Assembly (NCBI GenBank): GCA_964558915.1
Contig: CAZLFV010000001.1
Location: forward strand, 6,313 to 70,312
DNA length: 64,000 nucleotides
From: an uncultured Eubacteriales bacterium
GTDB taxonomy: Bacteria > Acidobacteriota > Aminicenantia > Aminicenantales > UBA8522
Direction: 5' to 3'
Shown: positions 36,570-44,137 of the stretch, piece by piece
Layout of the letters: every line of letters begins with the position of its first letter
Numbering within the stretch: position 1 is the stretch's first letter
Made by a program: the position numbers and the translations under genes
The notes under the pieces: model-generated
What the model saw: the letters and a program-made list of their open reading frames with translations, nothing else
The model's database searches: none
What the model was told of the DNA's origin: nothing

Positions 36570-38567
36570 TTAGTATCGCTTGAGTTTGAAGCTCGAGGCA
36601 ATCTGACGCACGATTTTTGGGGCCTTCTTCCCCTCGACTGTCCAGACGAAAACTTCAAGGCCGCGGCCGATGGCCGCTGCTGATTTCAGGCCCTGGGGAG
36701 AATCGGCGTAAAAAATTCTGTGATGCCGCGCTCTTCCTTTCTCGCGGCGGCCATGTGGCACGAGCTTCTCCAGAATCTTCCACATTCTCTGCTCCGCGTC
36801 CTGCCAGGGGAATATTACCTGCTGCTCTAGCACGGCTTTTGTCCCGTCCGGACCTTCGAGCCCCATAACCGTCGGGTTTGGCCAGGTGGCGTCGAGCCCA
36901 GAAAATCGGAAATCAGCCGGTTTCTTGACCTTGACCCCAAGCCAAGGATTATCATACCAGTTGTCCTTGATCTCAAAGGGTTTTGCTCCAGCGGGAACAA
37001 TATAGGTTATTCTCGCGATCTTATACTCGAGGATTTCGATTCCGACCTGGCCGAAAACTTGTTGAGCGGAGCCAAGCGCAATTTCCCCCCAGCCGTCTAT
37101 TAGCGATGAAGAGGCACAATAAAAGCGGGTTGCGTCGGCGACTCCTTCATTGACGATGGCCGCGTCCAGCGGTATCCACTTCTCCCCTACTCTGATTTCT
37201 GTCCAGGCGTGGCCCCCGAACATTCCAAGGGCATAGACGTATCCCATAACCACTCTTGAGGGTATCCTGGCGGCGCGGGCCAAAGAGGCCAGCAGCGTGG
37301 CGTAGCCGATACAGGTTCCGCGGCGGTCTCGGAAAATCTCCGTCGCCGGCGCAAAAGCAATACCCAAATCAAATTTCATGTTTTCGGCCACCCAGCGTTC
37401 CAGGGTGAGCGCCGCGGATAGAATATCCTTATGCTTGGCCACGAGCCGCTTAGCCAAGTCTTCAATCCCCGGATCATCGGATTGGATATAAACGTTGGGT
37501 TTGAGGTAGGCGCTGTTTTCCTCGGTCATGGCCACGGGAAAGCTCAATCCTTTGGCCCGCTTGGGCCGCTGGATTTCGAGGTCGAGCGTTTTTTCAGTTT
37601 GGGCAAGAACTTTCTGGGTTGGGCCGTTCATGTCGGGCCAGCCCAGACCCGGATTCTTATGGCTCAGCCTGAGCCTCATCCTGTCGATGGTCTTCGCTCG
37701 GGGAAGGCGGATATTCGCTGGCACGATCGACCTCTTATAAATCTCTTCCGGAAGCTCTCCTCCAGCCGCTGCTGCCAGGGCTGTTGCCTTATCCGAACGC
37801 AGAGCCTCTGTCGTGCCAAAAGGCCCTGATTCCTCCTGTTTAACAACATTTCCAAGCCGGTCGAGCCAGACAGTGCGCTTGACGGCCACGCCTGAGAAAA
37901 TCTCTTCAATCTTAAGCGCGGGGACATTCTCATCTCCCACCGCGAGCGTTTCCTCGGAAATCAGAGTCCTTTCCAACTGACTCACCCGGGAAGCTTCGGG
38001 AATGAAGGTCTGGGCGGTGACCTTATCGCCGGGATTTTTGAGTCCCAGTACGGAGAGCCTACGGATTCCCTCCGGGCCATAAAGCTCGCCCGCGTAATTC
38101 AGGGTGCGAACATATTTTTTCCCTCCAGCATCGCTCTGGATCTCGATCATCCCCGGGGTGATAAGGGCTTCCGCGCTTGTTTTCTGATTGGAGGCCGTCA
38201 TTTCAGATTGAACGGCCCGGAGCCGGCCCTCAACGGATTCCTCTGCGGTGGAGACAAACCCGAGTTCCACTTTGACGGCAAGGCGGTTAAGCACCAGCCG
38301 CATTTCCGAGGCAGTTTGAAGTACGCTGCCTTCGCCTTCCGGGGTGAGAACGGGCAAGGTGCGGAGGTTCTCGTGATAATATCCTACCGTATTGCCGCCG
38401 ATTTTTATGACATACCAGACGTCGTGCCCGGTTTGGGGCTGGCCTTGAGGAAGGGTCCCGGCACAGGGGGGCGGTGCAATCTGCAGGATGAAAATAAAAA
38501 CCGGGATAAAAACTGCAGCAAAACGAAATTTCACCCGGCCCACAGCGAACCTAAAAATTGAGTTCAT
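36570..38567 (-). CDS. Secreted transglutaminase-like cysteine protease domain protein
   Basis: 665 aa, signal peptide. C-terminal core RRGTCIGYATLLASLARAARIPSRVV...GGHAWTEI...PLDA (Cys-His-Asp). Confidence 0.8.
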   Translation of the reverse strand: MNSIFRFAVGRVKFRFAAVFIPVFIFILQIAPPPCAGTLPQGQPQTGHDVWYVIKIGGNTVGYYHENLRTLPVLTPEGEGSVLQTASEMRLVLNRLAVKVELGFVSTAEESVEGRLRAVQSEMTASNQKTSAEALITPGMIEIQSDAGGKKYVRTLNYAGELYGPEGIRRLSVLGLKNPGDKVTAQTFIPEASRVSQLERTLISEETLAVGDENVPALKIEEIFSGVAVKRTVWLDRLGNVVKQEESGPFGTTEALRSDKATALAAAAGGELPEEIYKRSIVPANIRLPRAKTIDRMRLRLSHKNPGLGWPDMNGPTQKVLAQTEKTLDLEIQRPKRAKGLSFPVAMTEENSAYLKPNVYIQSDDPGIEDLAKRLVAKHKDILSAALTLERWVAENMKFDLGIAFAPATEIFRDRRGTCIGYATLLASLARAARIPSRVVMGYVYALGMFGGHAWTEIRVGEKWIPLDAAIVNEGVADATRFYCASSSLIDGWGEIALGSAQQVFGQVGIEILEYKIARITYIVPAGAKPFEIKDNWYDNPWLGVKVKKPADFRFSGLDATWPNPTVMGLEGPDGTKAVLEQQVIFPWQDAEQRMWKILEKLVPHGRREKGRARHHRIFYADSPQGLKSAAAIGRGLEVFVWTVEGKKAPKIVRQIASSFKLKRY

Positions 38568-38752
38568 ATCGTGTTATCTCAAGGACGTTATTTTGCCCCG
38601 ACCGCCATTATAGTTTATCCCTATCGCCCGGGTTGAGGCAACATCGCCGAATAAAAAGCAAGCTTCTCTGGGAATACGGGGTTGGGAAAGGGCGAGAGCA
38701 GTTGCCTTAGGGGGAATTTTTAACTGACGCGATAAGTAGTAAGGGCGGACGT

Positions 38753-38869
38753 TTAGCAGACCGGACGCCGGCGCCTGCGGTTTTTGATGAGACGGCTGGT
38801 CAATACAGCCAAACCTCCGATCATCAGGCCGACAAGCCCGAACAATTTCCAGTTTCGGACCTTTAGCAT
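38753..38869 (-). CDS. Possible 38-aa single-pass membrane peptide (copy A)
   Basis: GGAGGAG SD 4 nt before ATG. MLKVRNWKLFGLVGLMIGGLAVLTSRLIKNRRRRRPVC. Identical ORF in copy B. Short, unverified. Confidence 0.3.
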   Translation of the reverse strand: MLKVRNWKLFGLVGLMIGGLAVLTSRLIKNRRRRRPVC

Positions 38870-38960
38870 CTGACTCCTCCGCTAATTTTGTCGCAGGACG
38901 GCCTTTTTTATGGACCAAATGGCTGTGGCCATAATCTGGCCGGATCAGTCCTCAGTATTT

Positions 38961-39320
38961 TTATCGAAATAGTATGCTATATTTCACAGCCTTTGAGCAG
39001 GTGGCGAATGGACGAAGCCTATCTCTTGTACCTTCCCATGACCTGACCCTGGGCGAGGATGTGCCCCTCCATGGCTTTGAGGAGCTCCGCCTTGGTCGCT
39101 CCAGCGGGGAAGCCGAGGACCGTGTCCAGAGCGTAGAGCTTGAAATAATATCTGTGCGTTCCGCCGGGAGGTTGGAGATGACCCAATGGACCCAGGTCCC
39201 CATCGGGGCATCGGGGTCGTCGCTGATCAAGGCGAAACTCTGAGTTTCCGCGGGCGCTCCGGACCACGAAAGAGGTGGCGAGAGATCCGCCCCGTCGCAA
39301 GTGTAGCGGCGGGGAATCAT
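38961..39320 (-). pseudogene. PEBP (YbhB/YbcL) family gene, internally deleted and 5'-truncated copy
   Basis: Matches 45199..45660 but lacks 115 nt (equivalent to 45352-45466), which shifts the frame. The two halves appear as ORFs 38961..39320 and 39019..39300. The first 14 codons and the SD are also missing. Confidence 0.85.
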
Positions 39321-39323
39321 CCC

Positions 39324-39550
39324 TTAAATTTTTCCTCGATAATGCTTCGTTTCACCTTCAAAGTGGGGGTGATTTCTCCCTTTCCAATATCAAAATCCCG
39401 GTCGAGAAGGGCGATTTTCTTGATTTTTTCATACGGGGCAAGATGGGGCGTGCTCCTGTCCACCTCTTCCAGCAAAAAGTCCCGAATGGCCTCTTTTTGG
39501 ACCGGCTCTTTCGGGCTGATATAAGAGACATTCTTCAGCTTGGCATATTC
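39324..39550 (-). pseudogene. 3'-terminal fragment of a long-chain acyl-CoA synthetase gene
   Basis: Encodes ...[78 protein letters not shown], homologous to the C-terminus of 45739..47517. No upstream part. Confidence 0.8.
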
Positions 39551-39623
39551 TTCGCTTCACGGCTCCTCCCCGTCTAAGCTCAGGCCAGTGGCTTCGAAAC
39601 CAGGCTCGTTTTACCCTGGCAGC

Positions 39624-39647
39624 CGCAACCTTGAGGTTGCGTTTTTT
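39624..39647 (+). terminator. Rho-independent terminator-like hairpin with no + strand gene upstream
   Basis: CGCAACC-TTGA-GGTTGCG followed by TTTTTT. A second 8-bp hairpin TCGCAAGC-TAAA-GCTTGCGA lies at 39652-39671. Confidence 0.5.
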
Positions 39648-39880
39648 AAAATCGCAAGCTAAAGCTTGCGACTACCAAGGCTTGCTTTTTCTATTCGCGG
39701 AGCCGTGCTCGCTCGTCCCTCCACGGGTTTTTTCAACTACTCGCTTTCGCCTTATCCCCAGATACCTCGCTGCGAGCGGGGCCTGGGGCTCCGCAGTGCC
39801 ACCCAAGTTTGATGACAGCTAAATTATCATAGAAAAAAGACGATTAAGGCAAAAACGTATCCCAAAAAGCTGTTGTTTTT

Positions 39881-39929
39881 TTGACATTTGCCTCAAGATG
39901 GCTTAAAATTTGTAACTAAAATAATTACG
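39881..39929 (+). promoter_or_regulatory. Promoter of the Rrf2 gene with operator-like half-palindrome
   Basis: TTGACA (39881-39886), 17 nt, TAAAAT (39904-39909). TGTAACTAA-A-ATAATTACG at 39911-39929 has 6/9 symmetric positions. Its left half is identical to the perfect palindrome at 42995. Confidence 0.5.
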
Positions 39930-39945
39930 TTTTTGCCACAATGCC

Positions 39946-40353
39946 ATGAAGTTACAAGCAAGAATAAGATACGCTATTCGGATCCTGGTCGAGATCGGGA
40001 AAAATCCGGACATACCTCTTTCCCTGCCGATAGTCGAAGAAAAACAGCACATTTCTGCGAAGTATGCCAGGCAAATCCTCCAGCCTCTTGAAGACAAAAG
40101 AATTGTCGGGAGCAGGCGTGGAATGAAGGGTGGATATTTTCTAAAGAAAAAAGCATCCAAGATTTCATTAATGGAGGTGATTGCTGCTTTAGCGGAAAAG
40201 GTGAAAGTTGCCCCCTGCCTGGAAACACCCGGAATCTGCGAACGAGAGGAAGTCTGCGGCGCTAAGACAAAGTGGGAAGATCTTCAGGGCCTGATTGAGA
40301 AGTTCTTCAAAAAGACGACAATCCAGGACGTGATCGACCGGGAAAGAGAGTAG
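39946..40353 (+). CDS. Rrf2-family transcriptional regulator with three-Cys cluster-binding motif
   Basis: 135 aa. MKLQARIRYAIRILVEIG wHTH N-terminus, then CLETPGICEREEVCG (C-x6-C-x6-C, close to the IscR C-x5-C-x5-C Cys spacing). Confidence 0.85.
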   Translation: MKLQARIRYAIRILVEIGKNPDIPLSLPIVEEKQHISAKYARQILQPLEDKRIVGSRRGMKGGYFLKKKASKISLMEVIAALAEKVKVAPCLETPGICEREEVCGAKTKWEDLQGLIEKFFKKTTIQDVIDRERE

Positions 40354-40361
40354 TCTCCGTT

Positions 40362-41171
40362 TTAGCGGCGGGCGGCCATGGTTTCTTCCAATCGCAGTCC
40401 TTTATTTTTGAAATAATCACTGATATATTTTCTCCCGATTGTTTCAAGTTTCGGCTTGATCGAATTCACCGTCATTTCAGCGGTCATCTCTTCCTTGACG
40501 TTGAAGAAATTCCGCTTCCAGTGAATCAGATAACCTGAGAGGCAGATGGGCTGGTATCTTTTATAGAACCTTTTGTTGAAGACGTCGAAGATAGACTTCT
40601 TTTTTCGGTCTAGGCTGTTGAAGTCGATCCTGGCCCCCAAACCCAGAAGCTCATCCCGGCGTTCCCTGCGCGTCTTGAAATTATAGAGGACGGGAAGATA
40701 GCTCACCCTGTATTCTCTGGCAAAACTCTTAATGACTTCCAAAAATTCGGGATAATTATCGGCTGTTGCCAATACTCGCTCTCCGTCCGGGGCCTGCTCC
40801 CAGTTGGCGCCATCCGTGAATTCTGGGATCTCATTTTCCAGGGCATAGATAATGCTCTGCAGCATCATCGACGCCCTGCAGGGGACGCACCAGGCAATCT
40901 CACTGCCGTACTGGCTCTTTGTCTCTTTATAGGTTTTGACCGCCATCTCTTTGAATAGCTCTTTGATCTCGATAAATGAATAAATGAATTTATTTTCCCC
41001 GTGAAGGCTCTTGAGCAGGCCGATATTGGCTTGATTCGCCTTCAAAGCGAAATGAAGATAGCCTTTGTTGAAGGTTACCAGGTGAACCCTGTCGTATTGA
41101 GGTGCAAGATAATGGGCGGCGTACAAAGAATCAATCCCGCCTGAAAACTGGATAATGACTTCTTTTTTCAA
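40362..41171 (-). CDS. PP-loop ATP pyrophosphatase superfamily protein, unassigned subfamily (putative sulfurtransferase)
   Basis: 269 aa, TTG start after AGGAG. SGGIDS at residues 10-15, CVPC motif mid-protein, third Cys in QPICLSGY. Confidence 0.7.
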   Translation of the reverse strand: MKKEVIIQFSGGIDSLYAAHYLAPQYDRVHLVTFNKGYLHFALKANQANIGLLKSLHGENKFIYSFIEIKELFKEMAVKTYKETKSQYGSEIAWCVPCRASMMLQSIIYALENEIPEFTDGANWEQAPDGERVLATADNYPEFLEVIKSFAREYRVSYLPVLYNFKTRRERRDELLGLGARIDFNSLDRKKKSIFDVFNKRFYKRYQPICLSGYLIHWKRNFFNVKEEMTAEMTVNSIKPKLETIGRKYISDYFKNKGLRLEETMAARR

Positions 41172-41186
41172 TTTTTTCTCCTAGAT

Positions 41187-41558
41187 TCAGAGGAAGGTTA
41201 AACCCTCAAAAATAAGGAACGAGGCCAGAACCAGGGTGCCGAACACAATCAGGTTGAAATATTTATAGACGGCTCCCGCAAGCGAAGAGGAAAAACCCAT
41301 CAGTCTTCCGCCTACCTTGCATCTGGTCGCTGAATCAAAAAGGAAAGGCTCATTGAGGATTCTATCGATCAACCCGCTCTCCAATTGTATGAAAGTTTTT
41401 AAAGCTCTGAGTCGCCTGGCGGCAAGGGTTGGGCTGAACAAACTGCCCACGGATAAAAGTGCGACGCGGAGGCCGCCAAAAGCTCCAACCATAAGGAACA
41501 GGGCCACTGGCAGAATCATCCATTGCTTTTTTCTTTTTCTCAACGCGCAGCAGGCCAT
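41187..41558 (-). CDS. Small membrane protein (123 aa), unknown function
   Basis: GGAGGAGG SD 4 nt before ATG. N-terminal MACCALRKRKK then a hydrophobic helix, with a second hydrophobic helix at the C-terminus. Packed 13 and 15 nt from its neighbours. Confidence 0.5.
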   Translation of the reverse strand: MACCALRKRKKQWMILPVALFLMVGAFGGLRVALLSVGSLFSPTLAARRLRALKTFIQLESGLIDRILNEPFLFDSATRCKVGGRLMGFSSSLAGAVYKYFNLIVFGTLVLASFLIFEGLTFL

Positions 41559-41571
41559 CGATCCTCCTCCT

Positions 41572-42795
41572 TTAGTGTCTAAAAAATTTCAGGACGCTTC
41601 GCAGTGAGCGGACCATTGTATCGATCTCTTCAAAGGTGTTGTAGACGCCGAAAGAAAACCTCAGAGAGTCAGGCTTTTTGTGGCTGTTGTACCAGGAATG
41701 GAGGCAGTGCTTTCCATAGCGGGCCATGATGTTTTCGGATTCGTTCAATATTTTGGAAGCGTCGGCCACAGGAATCCCCTCGATCCAGAGGTTGGTGATT
41801 CCGGAACGCAGCCGGGAGTCCAGCGGGCCGATGAATTGAACTCCGCGGATCTCAGACAGCCGGCTTGTAGCATGGGCATTGAGCTCTTTGATGTGCTCGT
41901 AGATATTTTCTTGCCCGATTTTGCGGATATAATCCACAGCAACGCCGGCTCCGATAGCTCCCGCATAGTCCTGTAACCCCGCTTCAAACTTGTCGGGAAG
42001 CGGCGAGATCTTTGCCGAGCCATAGGTAATGTCTTCGACCGTGCCTCCTCCGGCCAGAAATTGGGGAAGCTTATCCAGAAGCTCCTTTTTCCCGTAAAGG
42101 ATACCGGTCCCTGTTGGGCCCAACATCTTATGGACTGAGGCCACCATGAAATCGATGTCGAGCTTTTGGACATCGATGGGCCGGGAGAGGGCCGCCTGGG
42201 CGGCATCCACGCAAACCCAGGCCTCGTTTTTATGGGCGATCTGAATTATGTCTTCGATGGGAAAAGTAACGCCGGACAGGTTTGAAGTGTGGAGCACGGA
42301 CACGACTTTGACTTCCGGAGTCATCCGCTCTCGATACTTGTCCAGGTTAAAGGTTGTATCCGGATTTGTGGGGATGATCAGCCTTTGGATCTTTTTCTTT
42401 TTCTCGAGGAGCTGCCAGGGGAGAAGGTTTGAGTTATGTTCGATGTCTGAAGTGACAACAATATCGCCGGGGTTGAATTCGATGGTGTTAGCCAGGAGGT
42501 TAAGACCTTCGGTGGCGTTGCGGACAAAGATAATTTCTTCGGGATAGGCGGTATTAAAAAATTTGGCGATTTTTTTTCGAGCTTCTCCGTATTTTTTAGA
42601 GGTCTCGGAACCAAACCAATGATCGGTCCGGCCGTGGCAGCCCGGAAAATTATTGTAATAATCGAGAATGGCTTCGGTCACAGGCCTAGGCTTGAGAGTC
42701 ATGCAGGCGTTGTCAAAGTAGATAAGGGGCTTTTTTTTGATCGTCTGGTGCAGGGGAGCAAAGTCATCTCTCAGCTTGTGTACATTCAAGCTCAT
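41572..42795 (-). CDS. Cysteine desulfurase, SufS/CsdA-like (class V aminotransferase)
   Basis: 407 aa. YFDNA start region, PLP-Lys in ASVHKMLGPTGTGILYG, catalytic Cys loop RYGKHCLHSW (compare SufS RxGHHCA). Confidence 0.85.
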   Translation of the reverse strand: MSLNVHKLRDDFAPLHQTIKKKPLIYFDNACMTLKPRPVTEAILDYYNNFPGCHGRTDHWFGSETSKKYGEARKKIAKFFNTAYPEEIIFVRNATEGLNLLANTIEFNPGDIVVTSDIEHNSNLLPWQLLEKKKKIQRLIIPTNPDTTFNLDKYRERMTPEVKVVSVLHTSNLSGVTFPIEDIIQIAHKNEAWVCVDAAQAALSRPIDVQKLDIDFMVASVHKMLGPTGTGILYGKKELLDKLPQFLAGGGTVEDITYGSAKISPLPDKFEAGLQDYAGAIGAGVAVDYIRKIGQENIYEHIKELNAHATSRLSEIRGVQFIGPLDSRLRSGITNLWIEGIPVADASKILNESENIMARYGKHCLHSWYNSHKKPDSLRFSFGVYNTFEEIDTMVRSLRSVLKFFRH

Positions 42796-42973
42796 TAAGA
42801 CTTCATCCTTCGGTTGTTTTTAATTAAATTGGCAGCTGAATACATTTCAATATTCCCTCTCCCTGCCGAAATCGTTGAAAAAGGATATCCGTTAGAATTG
42901 TTTTCATCAGTTACGCTCGAGGTCAGCTTTATACTCGGCTCGCCATAAATCTAAAAGCGTTCCAATTCTTGAC

Positions 42974-43021
42974 TTTAGCTCGTTCGAGCTAAATTGTAAC
43001 TAAATTAGTTACATTTGTCAA
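42974..43021 (-). promoter_or_regulatory. Promoter of the desulfurase operon with two adjacent perfect palindromes
   Basis: Minus strand: TTGACA (43016-43021), 17 nt, TACAAT (42993-42998). The perfect palindrome TGTAACTAA-A-TTAGTTACA (42995-43013) fills the spacer. A second perfect palindrome TTTAGCTCG-TT-CGAGCTAAA lies at 42974-42993. Confidence 0.6.
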
Positions 43022-43069
43022 TCAGATATTGTATCCAAAGAATAAAATTGACGGAATCTTGCCGATGAA

Positions 43070-43684
43070 ATGGATTGTTTGGCTGACAATCCCTTTTTGT
43101 TCTGGGGGAGAATTAGACGGCTGATGGAAGAAGATTTGAAGCATCGGGGCAATACTCTGGCGTCATTGGCGCCAGACGAAATTATGGGCTGGAAGGCAAA
43201 GGAAGAACGGACCTATGATCCGCGGACAATTTTTGATTATATCGACGGTGCCGGGGAAGTCTACCGGTCCTATAATTTCAAAAATTTGCTCGCCCGTCGG
43301 TTTGAAAAGGAAGGGCAGACAGACCCAGTCGTTGATTTTTTTGATATGGGGCTGGCGAGCGATGCCTTCGGTGTCTTCACCCATGACCTCTAAGGAGAGG
43401 ATCCTGGCATCGGCCAGGGCTCAGCCTATAAAGGAGGATTGCTTTCTTTCTGGAAGGCATGAATCGGACCGACCTGCGCGAGGACTTCCCCTGGGGAGGG
43501 CTCGAACGGGGAGGTTTAAGCACACATTTCTTCCCCGGCACTTTTTTTTAATTCTTCGGGTAAAAGAGCTCGAGAGCAAATAGTGATTTATCCCGAGGCC
43601 CTGGCCGAAGCCCCGTTAACCGCGCCCTTTGATGCTGAAAAACGACCATGGGCTCTTTGGTTTTCTAGATGTGTTTAGGCCATA
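43070..43684 (+). pseudogene. Disrupted hypothetical gene at right edge of the cassette
   Basis: The 107-aa ORF ends at TAA 43391. The reading continues in the same frame as GEDPGIGQGSAYKGGLLSFWKA, then stops. Further protein-like stretches follow in other frames up to the duplication boundary. Confidence 0.4.
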
Positions 43685-43870
43685 CCGGGATTTTTGAGTC
43701 CTAGAACGGAGAGCCTACGGATTCCCTCCGGGCCATAAAGCTCGCCCGGGTTGAGGCAACATCGCCGAATAAAAAGCAAGCTTCTCTGGGAATGCGGGGT
43801 TGGGAAAGGGCGAGAGCAGTTGCCTTAGGGGGAATTTTTAACTGACGCGATAAGTAGTAAGGGCGGACGT

Positions 43871-43987
43871 TTAGCAGACCGGACGCCGGCGCCTGCGGTT
43901 TTTGATGAGACGGCTGGTCAATACAGCCAAACCTCCGATCATCAGGCCGACAAGCCCGAACAATTTCCAGTTTCGGACCTTTAGCAT
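43871..43987 (-). CDS. Possible 38-aa single-pass membrane peptide (copy B)
   Basis: Identical coding sequence to 38753..38869. One substitution lies in the SD-ATG spacer. Confidence 0.3.
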   Translation of the reverse strand: MLKVRNWKLFGLVGLMIGGLAVLTSRLIKNRRRRRPVC

Positions 43988-44137
43988 CTGGCTCCTCCGC
44001 TAATTTTGTCGCAGGACGGCCTTTTTTGGTGGACGAAATCGGCCTGGCTGGGAGCGCCTGTGAGAGCTGCTGTTCGTACCAGACCTCTGCTCTTTTGCTT
44101 ACCAGCGCGGACGGAGAGGGACAGCCCTGCTTTCAAT

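Larger units (their letters stand above)
38624..39500. repeat. Segmental duplication, copy A (deletion-riddled)
   Basis: Near-identical to 43742..45946 apart from three gaps. I saw about 6 substitutions by eye. See copy B and findings. Confidence 0.9.

Noticed and set aside
38574-38918. 114-aa ORF on the minus strand across the repeat
   Set aside because: No SD and a low-complexity, Arg/Pro-rich translation. It overlaps the better-supported 38-aa ORF in another frame, and its 5' and 3' ends fall outside the duplicated block.
39604-39700. Short similarities among spacers, suggesting a MITE-like element. GCTCGTTTTACCC matches 28166-28178 in reverse. GCTTGCTTTTT..ATTCG matches 38646-38665 in reverse.
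   Set aside because: Matches are only 11-13 nt with inconsistent relative orientation. Dozens of such matches are expected by chance.
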